The notes under the pieces: generated by a model | The model's input: only the letters and a program-made list of their open reading frames with translations | Told to the model about the DNA's origin: nothing | Databases searched by the model: none | NCBI GenBank assembly: GCA_963796275.1 | Contig: CAWCKY010000001.1 | Location: forward strand, 512,001-576,000 | Source of the DNA: an uncultured Acidobacteriota bacterium | GTDB taxonomy: Bacteria > Acidobacteriota > Blastocatellia > RBC074 | Direction of reading: 5' to 3' | DNA: 64,000 bases | Shown: one piece after another, positions 22,620-33,277 of the stretch | How the letters are laid out: each line of letters starts with the position of its first letter | Position numbering within the stretch: position 1 is the first letter of the stretch | Position numbers and translations under genes: made by a program

Positions 22620-23777
22620 TCAACCCCTGCGATTCTTATCTAATTCGTGGATCTCTGAATCGTACCCTGAAGGGCGTGGTGAGGAAGTAATCACTCGGAA
22701 TGCCGGTGAAGCGTCTGTTCCGGATGACGCCAGATAATCGCCTCGCGCCGGGACGATTACCTGTTGCTCCCGTTGCTCTCTTTGATTGGGTTTCTCGCCC
22801 CCCTGTTTCTGAAAGCCATCCTGCTTCGGGGGCTCGCCCTTCTTGGCCCCGCCTTTGAACTGAAATTCGAAGAGGTCGGGTCGATTGAAATGACCGGTCA
22901 CATCGAGCGTCAAGCTCTCTTCGCGGATGCGCTCGAGATTGATGCGGGCGAGGATGATAACCTCAGAGCCAAACGCCGGACCTGCGACGTAGAGACCTTC
23001 CGGACCGACCACTCCGCTTCCCCCGTTGAGTATATATTCATCATCGTCACCTGGAATGTTGACGAAGGAATCCAACTCTTTGGGAAGATCGCCGCGGCGC
23101 ATGATGCCGCCGGCGGAGACGACGAAGCAGCGGCCTTCAAATGCATAATGTCGGCTGGCGATCTGGTGCATCTCCTTCACAGATGGCCATAGAGCGATGT
23201 GTATGTCCTCGCCGGACATGTGAAGCTTCTGCCGTACAAGCGGCATCCAGTGCTCCCAGCAGATCAACCCGCCTATTCGGCCAACCGGCGTCTCGACAAC
23301 CCGCAGCCCGCTCCCGTCACCCTGCCCCCAGATCAGCCGTTCATTGAATGTCGGGACTAGTTTGCGATGGATGTTGAGGAGATTGCCTTTCGGCCCGAAC
23401 GTAAGAATGGTGTTGTAAAGTGTGCCGCGGCCCGCTCCCTCGCCGACGTGTTCCTGAACCCCCACGACGAGAGTCAAATTGTATTTCCGGGCTGCTTCGC
23501 CCAACGCCTCTGTTACCCGGCTGGGCACAACAACGCTGTTTTCAAGCAACTGAGCGTACAGCCGCTTCATCGGCAGATAATCCCAGATTGCGACATCGCG
23601 GCAGGTATCGAGCCATGCCGGATAGCCGGGAAGCCAGCATTCAGGAAAGACCACGAGCTGTGCCCGCCGCTTCGCTGCCTCAGCTATTAATTCCAGCGCG
23701 CGAGCCAGACTTCTTTCAAGGTTCAAATAAATCGGCGCCGCTTGTACAGCAGCGACCACGACTACGGATGGAGGCAT
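22620..23777 (-). CDS. Nitrilase (carbon-nitrogen hydrolase family)
   Basis: Triad motifs VFPE, HRKLVPT, ICWEHW; [10 protein letters not shown]; low-complexity C-terminal tail. Confidence 0.88.
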   Translation of the reverse strand: MPPSVVVVAAVQAAPIYLNLERSLARALELIAEAAKRRAQLVVFPECWLPGYPAWLDTCRDVAIWDYLPMKRLYAQLLENSVVVPSRVTEALGEAARKYNLTLVVGVQEHVGEGAGRGTLYNTILTFGPKGNLLNIHRKLVPTFNERLIWGQGDGSGLRVVETPVGRIGGLICWEHWMPLVRQKLHMSGEDIHIALWPSVKEMHQIASRHYAFEGRCFVVSAGGIMRRGDLPKELDSFVNIPGDDDEYILNGGSGVVGPEGLYVAGPAFGSEVIILARINLERIREESLTLDVTGHFNRPDLFEFQFKGGAKKGEPPKQDGFQKQGGEKPNQREQREQQVIVPARGDYLASSGTDASPAFRVITSSPRPSGYDSEIHELDKNRRG

Positions 23778-24234
23778 AATCTTTCTCCTCGCCTTTGTTG
23801 TGACTGCGTCATAATTTTATGACGTCTTAGGGGCGACGTCGTTAGGGGGGCTTCGTGATCAGAATGACCACGATTGGAGAAGGAAGCCGGTTTGTTCGAA
23901 ATATTTTGCCGTAATTTGAAACCGACTGGGGCAATTCTAAACGGCGGGGCTCCAATTCAATACCATTCCTCAACAAATTTCGCAACCGTTAAATTCTTGT
24001 ACATTTATAAGGAATATCCATCAATGAGCTGGCGCACCAAATCGTCAGTTCTTCCGTACCGATTGGTATGAGCATTTAGCGTATTGGCTGAAACCGGGAA
24101 TTCGATATTGACGCCTGGCGGCTATAAGTTGTGTGATATCTATATGTTGTGGGATGGAGTGGGTAGCCCGGGGCGACTGGCATAGTGATTGTTTCTGTCT
24201 ATTACGGATTCGATGAAGGTAAAGACTAAGGTTC

Positions 24235-24381
24235 TTTGATATCGGCGCGCTGAGGAGAGCAAGGGGGTATTTCGGAGCCACAGATCGCCTGTGAGTCTTT
24301 GAATTTCTCCGAAGCGCGTCCGTGCTTTTTCCCGGCAACTGCTCGCAGGTTGCACAGGGGAAGTAAGCGCCGCGCGTCAAA
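24235..24381 (+). ncRNA. Candidate structured small RNA
   Basis: Nested helices TTTGAT/GTCAAA, CGGCGC/GCGCCG, TTCGGAG/CTCCGAA, CACAG/CTGTG, GCAAC/GTTGC; G-U pairs favour the plus strand; terminator follows. Confidence 0.4.
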
Positions 24382-24391
24382 CGTAAAGGGG

Positions 24392-24416
24392 GCTGAAAGG
24401 ATTCTTTCAGCGTTTT
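24392..24416 (+). terminator. Intrinsic terminator-like hairpin
   Basis: GCTGAAAG-GATT-CTTTCAGC followed by GTTTT. Confidence 0.55.
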
Positions 24417-24469
24417 GGCGTGCGGCGCTTTTTAGTTTTAAAAGCTTTCACACGGAAAGCCGCTAAGCT

Positions 24470-24988
24470 TTACGTGATTTCTCTTATTTTCCGGCAAAGC
24501 AACTTGAATAAAAACGGGTATTGATTTTTATCATCCGCAGCATGATAAATGCTATCACGCACTTCCCATTTCGATTCATCCCACTCAGGAAAGAAAACAT
24601 TGGCGCTGGCCTCCGCCTCAACCAAAGTTAAATACAAACGATCAGCACGACTGAGCGCCTGCGCGTAAATCTCGGCTCCTCCGCAAATGAAGACCTCGGA
24701 CTCGCCTCTCGACCTCGCCAACTCGAGCGCTTCTTCGACTGAATGAGCGATAGAGGAACTTTCAGAATCATCGGGTCCCTGATAGTTTTCATTGCGTGTG
24801 ACGATGATGGTTCGCCTGCCAGGGAGAGGTTTTCCTATCGATTCAAAAGTTTTGCGCCCGACGATGATATGATGGCCCAGCGTCAATTCGCGAAATTTCC
24901 TGAGATCGGCAGACAGGCGCCAGGGAAGCCTGTTATCAATTCCGATACCGCGATTGACATCCATTGCCGCGATCAACGAGACGATCAC
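24470..24988 (-). CDS. folA: Dihydrofolate reductase
   Basis: [48 protein letters not shown]; GTG start overlaps the thyA stop (GTGA). Confidence 0.95.
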   Translation of the reverse strand: MIVSLIAAMDVNRGIGIDNRLPWRLSADLRKFRELTLGHHIIVGRKTFESIGKPLPGRRTIIVTRNENYQGPDDSESSSIAHSVEEALELARSRGESEVFICGGAEIYAQALSRADRLYLTLVEAEASANVFFPEWDESKWEVRDSIYHAADDKNQYPFLFKLLCRKIREIT

Positions 24989-25779
24989 ACTGACACCTCG
25001 GCCTTGATGTGGGGGTGGAATCGGTAGTTGACCAACTCGAAATCTTCGAACCTGAACTCGAATATATTTTTTATCGACGGATTTAGCTTCATTTGCGGCA
25101 AGGGGTATGGTTCGCGGGAAAGCTGTAGCCGGGCGGCATCGATATGGTTCAGATAAAGATGCGCATCGCCGAACGTGTGAATAAACTCTCCGAACTTCAG
25201 ATCGCAGACCGACGCCATCATCATAGTCAGTAGAGAAAAAGAAGCGATATTGAATGGAACGCCGAGAAGGATGTCGGCAGATCTTTGATAGAGCTGGCAG
25301 GATAGTTTGCCCTGCGAGACATAAAACTGCGCCAGAACGTGGCATGGTTGAAGCGCCATCTGGTCGAGCTCGCCGACGTTCCAGGCGCTGAAAATTATCC
25401 TCCGCGAACTCGGATTGTTTCTGATCTGATCGATAACCTGGCTGATCTGATCGATCGAACGGCCGTCGGACGTGTGCCAAGATCTCCACTGAGCGCCATA
25501 GACCGGTCCTAGGTCGCCGTGCTGGTCCGCCCATTCATTCCAGATCGTCACGCCGTGATCGTTTAAATATTTGACGTTGGTGTCGCCGCGCAGAAACCAG
25601 AGCAGTTCGTAGATAATTGACTTGATGTGCAGTTTTTTGGTCGTGACGAGCGGGAATCCCTCGTTTAAATCGAAGCGCGTTTGATAACCGAAGACCGAGA
25701 TAGTCCCGGTCCCGGTCCGGTCCTCTTTCTTGACCCCGTTCTCAAGCACGAACTTCATCAGATCCAGGTACTGCTTCAT
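24985..25779 (-). CDS. thyA: Thymidylate synthase
   Basis: MKQYL..DRTGTGT, MALQPCH, YQRSAD..GVPFN; 264 aa. Confidence 0.97.
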   Translation of the reverse strand: MKQYLDLMKFVLENGVKKEDRTGTGTISVFGYQTRFDLNEGFPLVTTKKLHIKSIIYELLWFLRGDTNVKYLNDHGVTIWNEWADQHGDLGPVYGAQWRSWHTSDGRSIDQISQVIDQIRNNPSSRRIIFSAWNVGELDQMALQPCHVLAQFYVSQGKLSCQLYQRSADILLGVPFNIASFSLLTMMMASVCDLKFGEFIHTFGDAHLYLNHIDAARLQLSREPYPLPQMKLNPSIKNIFEFRFEDFELVNYRFHPHIKAEVSV

Positions 25780-25966
25780 TTTCTCCCTTTTTCTCCCTTC
25801 CTCGAAAGGTTGACGGTAGCACATCTCTCGGATAAAGTTCTAGATGCATATAGCTGGAAAGCATCTTCTATGGCTTTCCGTAACACGATCTTATCGAACT
25901 GTGATTCCCCATTCTCGAGTCATTAGCTTAATCACTCAGACAGAATCGGTACATAGTAAAAAATTG

Positions 25967-28114
25967 ATGACCACAGAAACTGTTGATCATGTTCTGCCTA
26001 CCCGGATCAGCCGTCTGAAAGCGCTGGCTTATAACCTATGGTGGAGCTGGCACCCGGGTGCAAATTGGATATTCCAGCACCTCGATAAAACGCTCTGGGA
26101 ATTGACCCACCATAATCCGGTCGAATTTCTACAGAAGATCGCGCCCGCCAAGCTTGAGGCGGCGGCCTTCGATCCCGCGTTTTTGCGTCATTACGATGGC
26201 GTGGTGCTCACGTTCGATAAGTGTCTTTCAGCGAAGGATACATGGTTTGCTGAAAAATATCCCCAACTGACCGGGCACACGATCGCTTATTTTTCGGCTG
26301 AATTCGGTTTACATACGTCGCTGCCTATATATTCCGGCGGCCTGGGCATACTGGCCGGAGATCATTGCAAAGAGGCGAGCGATATCGGGTTACCTTTGAT
26401 GGGGGTAGGATTCGTATATCCGCAGGGTTATTTTCAACAGCGCATCACATCCGAGGGGCGACAGGAGGCTGTCTATGAAAAGTTCGATTATCGCGCCGCA
26501 CCGATCGAGCCGGTAATTACACGCGAAAGTGAAGGGGGGCTGTTAGCCCTTAATCTGAGCGACCGCGTGATCTATGTCGCTGTCTGGCGCGTGCGCTTAG
26601 GCCCGATCTCCCTTTTTCTCATGGATACCGATGTTGAGGAGAACGAGCCGTGGGATCGCGAGCTGTCCGCTCGGTTGTACGGCGGCGATCAGGAGACGCG
26701 CATCAGGCAGGAGATGGTTCTCGGTATCGGCGGCGTCCGGATGCTCGAGCGCCTCGGAGTCAATCCCTCGGTTTTTCATGCGAACGAAGGTCATGCGGCT
26801 TTTCTCATGCTCGAGCGGATCCGAGGGCTGGTGCAGAGCGGGTTGTGCTTCGAGGAGGCGGTCGAGCGCGTGCGGGCCACGACCATCTTCACCACACACA
26901 CGCCGGTGCCTGCCGGCCACGATGCATTCCCCTTTCAGCTCGTCGAAAAACACTTCGCCAGTTATTGGGATTCTTTGGGATTGGACCGCGAAAAATTTCT
27001 GTCGCTGGGCGAATATACCGATGGAAACGGCGGGGTGAATTTCAATATGACGGCGCTTGCTCTGAGGTTATCTGGGATGCGCAACGCGGTCAGCCAATTG
27101 CACGGAAGGGTTTCGCGCGCGATGTGGCATTCGCTGTGGCCCGAACTGACTGAAGATGAAGTGCCGATCACCTCGGTGACCAACGGTGTTCATACACCTA
27201 CCTGGATTGCGCCGGAGATGGACCGGCTCTATTCCAAATATCTGGGTCGCGACTGGCGCAACCATCACGATGACCCGACGCTCTGGGAGCGCGTTTACGA
27301 TATTCCCGACGAAGAGCTGTGGAATATTCATCTGAAGCTCAAGTACAGGCTGTTGAACTTCATGCGTGAGCGGGCACGCCGGGACTGGATTAGCGAGGGT
27401 GCCGGCCCGATTCGGATCTTGACGGCGGGGCCGTTGCTCAATCCCGATGCTCTCACCATCTGTTTCGCGCGTCGATTTGCAACTTACAAACGCGCGATGT
27501 TGATCCTCCGTAATCTCGACCGGCTGAAACGAATCCTTCACGACGAATGGCGGCCGGTGCAGATAATCTTCGCCGGCAAAGCGCACCCGGCAGACGCTCC
27601 CGGCCGCAACCTGATAAGCGAGATCAACCAGCTCGCGCGCGACCACAATCTGGGAGGGCGCATAGTCTTCGTCGAAAATTATGATATTCACGTTGCTAGA
27701 TATCTGGTTCGCGGCGTAGACGTCTGGCTGAACAATCCCCGTCCTCCGCTCGAAGCCAGCGGAACGAGCGGTCAGAAGGCCGCACTTAACGGAGTTCCGC
27801 ACATGAGCGTCCTCGACGGATGGTGGTACGAAGGCTACAAGGGAACCAATGGATGGGCTATCGATCCCGGTGCGCCTGAAGGTTTGAACGATGAGGAGCG
27901 CGATGCAGCCGATGCCGAAACTCTCTATCGCATGCTCGAAGGAGAGGTAGTTCCGCTCTACTTCGAGAGGGACAGCGATGGAGTTCCCCGACGCTGGGTT
28001 CATCTGATTAAAGAAACTATCCGTACATCAGCGCCCGTCTTCAGCGCGCGGCGTATGGTAAAAGAGTATACCGAGAGAATGTACGTTCCCGCGATGGTCA
28101 ACAGTACGCGATAG
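25967..28114 (+). CDS. glgP: Alpha-glucan (glycogen/maltodextrin) phosphorylase
   Basis: Motifs NLWWSW, YSGGLGILAGD, ARRFATYKRA, EASGTSGQKA. Confidence 0.93.
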   Translation: MTTETVDHVLPTRISRLKALAYNLWWSWHPGANWIFQHLDKTLWELTHHNPVEFLQKIAPAKLEAAAFDPAFLRHYDGVVLTFDKCLSAKDTWFAEKYPQLTGHTIAYFSAEFGLHTSLPIYSGGLGILAGDHCKEASDIGLPLMGVGFVYPQGYFQQRITSEGRQEAVYEKFDYRAAPIEPVITRESEGGLLALNLSDRVIYVAVWRVRLGPISLFLMDTDVEENEPWDRELSARLYGGDQETRIRQEMVLGIGGVRMLERLGVNPSVFHANEGHAAFLMLERIRGLVQSGLCFEEAVERVRATTIFTTHTPVPAGHDAFPFQLVEKHFASYWDSLGLDREKFLSLGEYTDGNGGVNFNMTALALRLSGMRNAVSQLHGRVSRAMWHSLWPELTEDEVPITSVTNGVHTPTWIAPEMDRLYSKYLGRDWRNHHDDPTLWERVYDIPDEELWNIHLKLKYRLLNFMRERARRDWISEGAGPIRILTAGPLLNPDALTICFARRFATYKRAMLILRNLDRLKRILHDEWRPVQIIFAGKAHPADAPGRNLISEINQLARDHNLGGRIVFVENYDIHVARYLVRGVDVWLNNPRPPLEASGTSGQKAALNGVPHMSVLDGWWYEGYKGTNGWAIDPGAPEGLNDEERDAADAETLYRMLEGEVVPLYFERDSDGVPRRWVHLIKETIRTSAPVFSARRMVKEYTERMYVPAMVNSTR

Positions 28115-28189
28115 CGAAAAGGCGGCGGGACGAGATCACCATAAATCCCACAATATACAATATCAAAGAACTTTGTTTCCACATTACTA

Positions 28190-29388
28190 GTACTTTGGCA
28201 ACTATGTGATTTGACACGCGGATCACCATTCCCAGAGCATGGGAAAATGAAAAAACGGCACGTCAAATTAAAAGCAAAAGACCGGGACTATCTGGAGTCC
28301 CTGATCTCCAAGGGGAAATTACCGGCCAAAACTTTCAAGCGAGCCACGGGCTTGCTCGAACTTGATCGCGGCAAGACACTCGAAGCGGTAGCCGAAACCC
28401 TCGGCGTCAGCCGAGTGACGGTCATGGCCTGGCGTGATAAGTACAAAGAGCAAGGCCTCAAGTGCCTGGAAGATGCCCCGCGGTCGGGACGTCCGCCGGA
28501 GATCGACGGCAAGTTGCGAGCGAAGATCACAGCCTTGGCCTGCAGCGAAGCGCCCGAAGGGCATGTGCGTTGGACTTTGCGGTTGTTGGCCGATAAGGTG
28601 GTCGAGATGGGTTATTGCGAAGAGATATCCAAGACCCATATTGGCAACATCCTGAAAAAAACGAACTGAAACCGCACCTCAACAAGACTTGGTGTCTTGG
28701 TAAGATCGACGCGAAGTTTCTCGCGCAAATGGAGGAGATTCTCCGGTTGTATGCGCTGGCCTATGATCCAAACTACCCGGTGGTCTGCTTCGACGAGCGC
28801 CCGTGCTTCTTGATCGGGGAGGAGGTTGAACCGCTGGCGATGCAAAGCGGCCAAGTCCGCAAAGAGCATTACGCTTATCAGAAGAACGGATCGTGTGCAG
28901 TGCTAGCTGCCATCGAACCACTGACCGGGCAAAGACTCGCGCAGGTCTCTTGGCAACGTACTAAGAAAGAGTTCACGCAGTTCGCTCAGAGACTGGCAGC
29001 AGCATATCCGGAGGCCAAAAAGATTCGACTCGTGCTGGACAATTTAAACACCCACCACGCCGGTTCCTTCTATCAAAACTTGCCGGCGGCGGAGGCCTTT
29101 GCGCTGGCGCAACGTTTCGAGTTTCACTATACGCCCAAGTCTGCCAGTTGGCTCAACATGATCGAGTGTGAATTCTCGGCGGTGGCGCGTCAGTGTTTAA
29201 ACCGGCGCATCCCGACTATTAAGCAACTGGAGAGAGATGTCTCGGCGATTATCAAAGAACGTAACGAAAAGAAGATCAAAATCAACTGGCAATTTTCGAT
29301 CGAGTCTGCGAGAAACAAATTGAATCGTCATTATCAGAACGTTTTGCCCGATAATTCAAGATATCTGAAGACTTAGTTGCCAAAGTAC
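28190..29388 (+). mobile_element. IS630-family insertion sequence, 1199 bp
   Basis: 15-bp perfect terminal IRs GTACTTTGGCAACTA/TAGTTGCCAAAGTAC; TA duplicated at 28188-28189 and 29389-29390 in a CTAG target. Confidence 0.93.
28247..29376 (+). CDS. IS630 transposase, two ORFs joined by a -1 frameshift at A7 (28655-28661)
   Basis: HTH ORF (DAPRSGRP, RWTLRLLA) plus DDE ORF (CFDE, LDNLNTH, SWLNMIE); slippage restores LKKNELKPH. Confidence 0.92.
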
Positions 29389-29594
29389 TAGGCTGCATTG
29401 AGGGTAATGATGAACCCCAGATTTGTGCACCAATTCTACTGGGGCGGATTTTAATATATGAATGAGATCGGATGAGATTCTGCGTAACACTTGAGCAGGC
29501 TGCCTGGAGATGCCCCCCCCCCATTGAAGAATACGTCATCCCGGTATTGCCAGGGGCTGTATGCACCTTAAATTTATTTTGCTGTTGAATATGA

Positions 29595-29629
29595 TAAGGG
29601 CGAGTTAGTTTCGAACTAACTCGCCCTTA
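29595..29629. terminator. 16-bp perfect hairpin downstream of the 29661..30050 gene
   Basis: TAAGGGCGAGTTAGTT-TCG-AACTAACTCGCCCTTA. Confidence 0.7.
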
Positions 29630-29660
29630 ATAATCAAACCAGATTCAGGTAACACCGCGA

Positions 29661-30050
29661 TTAGTGAACTTCGGTGATGCTTTCGACTTCAACTATGTCG
29701 CCTTTTAACTTGCCGACAACTTTGAACTTCGCGCCCGTTTCCTTGGAAGCATTCCCAAGAGTGGCTATCGCGAGTTCACTACCTTTTGCGTCAAACGCGT
29801 GGAACTTGCCACCTGAGTAGATGCCGAGACCGCTATTTTTGCAGCCATCTTTATTGACAGCACAGCCATTCTTTCCCGAGTGCCCATTGGCAGCAGACTC
29901 ACCACCTTTAACCACGTTGGCAGAGCAGGCCTTATCTACTATCCAACCCTCTTCCGAGAACGCCTTGGCTTGCCCCTGTGCTGAAGCCGCGACGGCCATG
30001 CTCACAGCAACCACAAGCGCAAACAATGGATAGAACAGTTTCTTAGTCAT
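29661..30050 (-). CDS. Small secreted protein with three cysteines
   Basis: Signal peptide ending ASA; GWIVDKAC..H...C......C. Confidence 0.75.
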   Translation of the reverse strand: MTKKLFYPLFALVVAVSMAVAASAQGQAKAFSEEGWIVDKACSANVVKGGESAANGHSGKNGCAVNKDGCKNSGLGIYSGGKFHAFDAKGSELAIATLGNASKETGAKFKVVGKLKGDIVEVESITEVH

Positions 30051-30249
30051 CTATTTCATCCTTTCTTTAACTATTAGTTAACCTATTTCTTAAATGCTTA
30101 ATGCTCTAAGAGAACCCTTGCTTTTTTGTTATCGTTCGGTATTTTTAATCGCGATTTATTTTTTTTAATCACGACAGGGCTTTATGGGGGAAAATCGGAA
30201 TAATCAATGCGCGCTAGAATAGCTCCCGAGCTTATTAAAAGCAAGTATA

Positions 30250-30510
30250 TTACAACGCCCTCGGGCTACGATATTGCTCGTAGCGTCGTGTCGGCTCGTA
30301 TTTATTAGCTGCAAGTACAGGGTCTTTCTTAGGCGGACCTTCTAGGCGGATGATCTCGATCGCTTCCTGATAGACCCGCTCGAGATTTTCCGGCTGAAAA
30401 CCGTTCAGACGACAGGCGCGAATATGCGCCCGAACGATCTGTTCGACGGCTTCCCTACCAGTCTCATCCAATTCCTGGAGCGCACGTAGGGCATGTGAAG
30501 ATAGCTTCAT
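30250..30510 (-). CDS. Hypothetical protein, 86 aa
   Basis: Protein-like helical composition; upstream promoter match. Confidence 0.65.
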   Translation of the reverse strand: MKLSSHALRALQELDETGREAVEQIVRAHIRACRLNGFQPENLERVYQEAIEIIRLEGPPKKDPVLAANKYEPTRRYEQYRSPRAL

Positions 30511-30599
30511 ACAGGATACCAGTCCTTTCGCGTAGTTTTACGTAATTTTTATGACTTAATTCCTTTGCTTCTTAGAACTTCAAGGAAGGAACCGCGGGC

Positions 30600-30627
30600 A
30601 GTGTAACACAGATTTATCGACTGTCTA
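30600..30627 (-). promoter_or_regulatory. Sigma70-type promoter (TAGACA-N16-TACACT with extended TG)
   Basis: Reverse complements of tgtcta (30622-30627) and agtgta (30600-30605). Confidence 0.45.
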
Positions 30628-30770
30628 CCAAAAATTTTTTATCGGATGCCCCCTTTTTTACTATATGCAGAATACATAGTTTATCTGTATAAAACGCAGG
30701 TTCAGCGGGTTTTCACCTATGTTAAAATGGCGGTCCTAAGGTTAAAACCCGGATATTGAACAAGCAAAAT

Positions 30771-31586
30771 ATGTTAATTGCCGCTTCAACTTACCTCAAT
30801 TCCGCCCCTCTAGTTTATAGTTTTGGATCTAGCAGGCTGAAGAATTGTTACTCCTTCATTGGCGATGCCGCACCATCTCGCTGCTCGGCGATGCTCGAGA
30901 CACGGGAATGCGAAATAGCTCTCATCCCGGTAATTGAATATCAACGGATTCCCAACCTGAGAATTATTCCGGGGATTGCGGTGGCATCTAAAAATCGGGT
31001 GCGCAGCGTGCTCCTGGTTGCGCGCCGGCCGCTCGACGAAGTGCGAACTGTGGCGCTAGACTCTTCGTCACGTACCTCACAGACTCTGGTGAAGATTCTT
31101 TTCTCTCGACGCTATGGCCGGCTGCCGGATTTCATCCAGCGAACGCCGGATGATGCGCAATTATGCCGGAACATGCTTGAATCCAACGACGCAGCCCTGG
31201 TGATCGGAGATCCGGCAATGCGCCTCGGGGCTTCAGCGCGGGAGTTCGGTCTGCGGATATATGATCTGGCTGATGAATGGCGAGCAATGACCGGGCTGCC
31301 TTTCGTCTTCGCCGTCTGGGCGGTGCGTCAGGATGTACTGGAAATTGCACCCGATATCGTGACCGATCTGATAGCGGCGAAGGTCGAGGGAATTGAAAAT
31401 ATTGAAAATATTGCTTCCCGCTATGCCACGGAGATAGGTCTTCCGCAGCAGGATCTGCTCTCTTACCTGCGCGAGAATGTCAATTATGATCTCGATGAAG
31501 AAAATCTCGCCGGGTTACGACAGTATTTCGTTTTCGCAGAAGAATGTGGCCTGATTACCCAGGCGCGTGAGTTACTTTTTGCATAA
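30771..31586 (+). CDS. mqnA: Chorismate dehydratase (futalosine menaquinone pathway)
   Basis: YLNSAPL, VRSVLL, SSRTS, LVIGDPA, DLADEW..TGLPFVFAVW. Confidence 0.9.
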   Translation: MLIAASTYLNSAPLVYSFGSSRLKNCYSFIGDAAPSRCSAMLETRECEIALIPVIEYQRIPNLRIIPGIAVASKNRVRSVLLVARRPLDEVRTVALDSSSRTSQTLVKILFSRRYGRLPDFIQRTPDDAQLCRNMLESNDAALVIGDPAMRLGASAREFGLRIYDLADEWRAMTGLPFVFAVWAVRQDVLEIAPDIVTDLIAAKVEGIENIENIASRYATEIGLPQQDLLSYLRENVNYDLDEENLAGLRQYFVFAEECGLITQARELLFA

Positions 31587-31598
31587 TTATCCCTGAGT

Positions 31599-32551
31599 AT
31601 GCCTATTACACCGATTACAGCGCTTGCCGGCGGCGTTGGCGCGTCCAAGCTTCTCGAAGGGCTGAGCCGCGCAATCTCTCCGGAGGATATTTCGATCGTC
31701 GTTAACACGGGTGATGATATAGAGCTTTTCGGGTTATATATCGCTCCCGATATCGACATCGTGACTTATACCCTGGCCGGACTTGTTAATCCCGCAACAG
31801 GTTGGGGGATACTCGATGATTCGTTTAACTGTCTAGATCTCTTGCTTCGGTATAGCGGCGATGAGCGATGGTTCAACCTCGGCGACCGCGACCTTGCCAC
31901 CCACATCTTTCGCACGCAGAAGATGCGTGAGGGACAAAAGTTGTCGCAAATTGCCGAGACTGTGAGAACGGCAATGGGCGTTAAATCACGCATCATTCCG
32001 ATGACCGACACGCACACGCCAACGACTATCATAACGGATGAGGGGATCTTCATTTTCAGGAATATCTGGTTAAACGACGCGCGCAGCCGGCAGTCAAGGG
32101 CATCCGCTTCGAGCATATCGAAACTGCGCGACCGGCTCCGGGCGTCGCCGAAGCCATTCTGCAAGCTGCGGCGGTAGTTATCTGTCCCAGCAACCCTCTC
32201 ATCAGCATCGGTCCGATTCTGGCTGTTCCCGGAATTCTCGACGCGCTAAAAAATACCAAAGCCCTTCGATTGGCGATAAGCCCGGTCGTCGGAGGTGCAT
32301 CGCTCAAAGGCCCCACTGATCGGATGTTAATCGATCTGGGGATGGAAGTGTCAGCGAAACAAGTGGCCAAACTTTACGCTGAATTCCTCGATATATTCAT
32401 CATCGACCGGCGCGATGAGGATGTGAAAGCCGAAATCGAGCGGATGGGTGTTAAAGTAGTAGTCACCGATACCGTGATGGCCGATGCCGACAAAAAGCTG
32501 GCGTTGGCTAGGGACGTTATGACTGCTATCGACAGATGCGCTACATACTGA
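31599..32551 (+). CDS. cofD: 2-phospho-L-lactate transferase (F420 biosynthesis); frameshift at G4 run 32042-32045
   Basis: LAGGVGASK, VNTGDD, PDID..YTLAG, WFNLGDRDLATH; adding one G restores HFQEYLV..CPSNPLISIGPIL..SPVVGG..KGP. Confidence 0.9.
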
Positions 32552-33204
32552 TACCTGTCAAAGACCTTTCTTGCGCCAAGCAGAGGCTCTCAGCGCTGCT
32601 GACACAAGAGGAGCGGACGCGGCTCGCGTGGGCGATGCTCGAAACCACTTGCGCGGAGGTCGCATGTGTGCGTAACGTTGATCGCCTCGCGATAGTGACC
32701 CTCTATCCTCCGGCCATATCTCTCGCCGATAAGTATGGAATGGAGGTGATCCTCGAGGAGAGGCAGACCTCTGAAAGCGCATCGGTCGATTTCGGCTCTT
32801 CTGAGTTGAAAAAACGAGGCGCGCATGCCGTCCTGCGACTGCCGATAGATCTGCCATTGATCAAAACGGAAGACATCGAATTGATCCTCGAATATGGAGA
32901 GTCACGCCACCAGGTAGCGATAGTCCCGTCTCGTGACGGCACCGGCACAAATGCGATCTTGCGCAACCCCCCAGATCTTTTCCCGTCTCATTTTGGGCCT
33001 GGTAGTTTTTTGAAACATCTACAGGAAGTTGAAAAAGCGAAGGCGAAATGTGAAATCATACACTTGCCCCGCATCGCTCTCGATATAGATGATCCGGGGG
33101 ATTTGAAAGCCATGATGGAACAGGGAAGCGGGAATACGCTGGTGTGGGACGTAATGAGGGAACTGAGAATTACCCAACGGCTGGAAAATGCGAAAAAGGA
33201 GTGA
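32536..33204 (+). CDS. cofC: 2-phospho-L-lactate/PEP guanylyltransferase (F420 biosynthesis)
   Basis: IPVKDL..AKQRLS, DLPL, DGTGTNA, FGPGSF..H, LDIDDPGDL. Confidence 0.9.
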   Translation: MRYILIPVKDLSCAKQRLSALLTQEERTRLAWAMLETTCAEVACVRNVDRLAIVTLYPPAISLADKYGMEVILEERQTSESASVDFGSSELKKRGAHAVLRLPIDLPLIKTEDIELILEYGESRHQVAIVPSRDGTGTNAILRNPPDLFPSHFGPGSFLKHLQEVEKAKAKCEIIHLPRIALDIDDPGDLKAMMEQGSGNTLVWDVMRELRITQRLENAKKE

Positions 33205-33213
33205 TCTGAAAAG

Positions 33214-33254
33214 TGAAAAAGATGCAAAGGAATCAAATCTTTGCATCTTTTTCA
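33214..33254. terminator. Bidirectional terminator-like hairpin between convergent genes
   Basis: 16-bp perfect IR TGAAAAAGATGCAAAG/CTTTGCATCTTTTTCA. Confidence 0.7.
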
Positions 33255-33277
33255 TATTCGCGTCTCTGAATTGCGGA

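Noticed and set aside
24989-25534. Apparent 354-aa DHFR with a long N-terminal extension
   Set aside because: The extension is an alternative frame of thyA; the real start is the GTG coupled to the thyA stop.
29513-29522. C10 homopolymer as a phase-variation tract
   Set aside because: Not within a credible gene or promoter.
28000-29566. Minus-strand ORF apparently interrupted by IS630 (29282..29566 plus 28000..28266)
   Set aside because: The joined product is not protein-like and overlaps glgP antisense.
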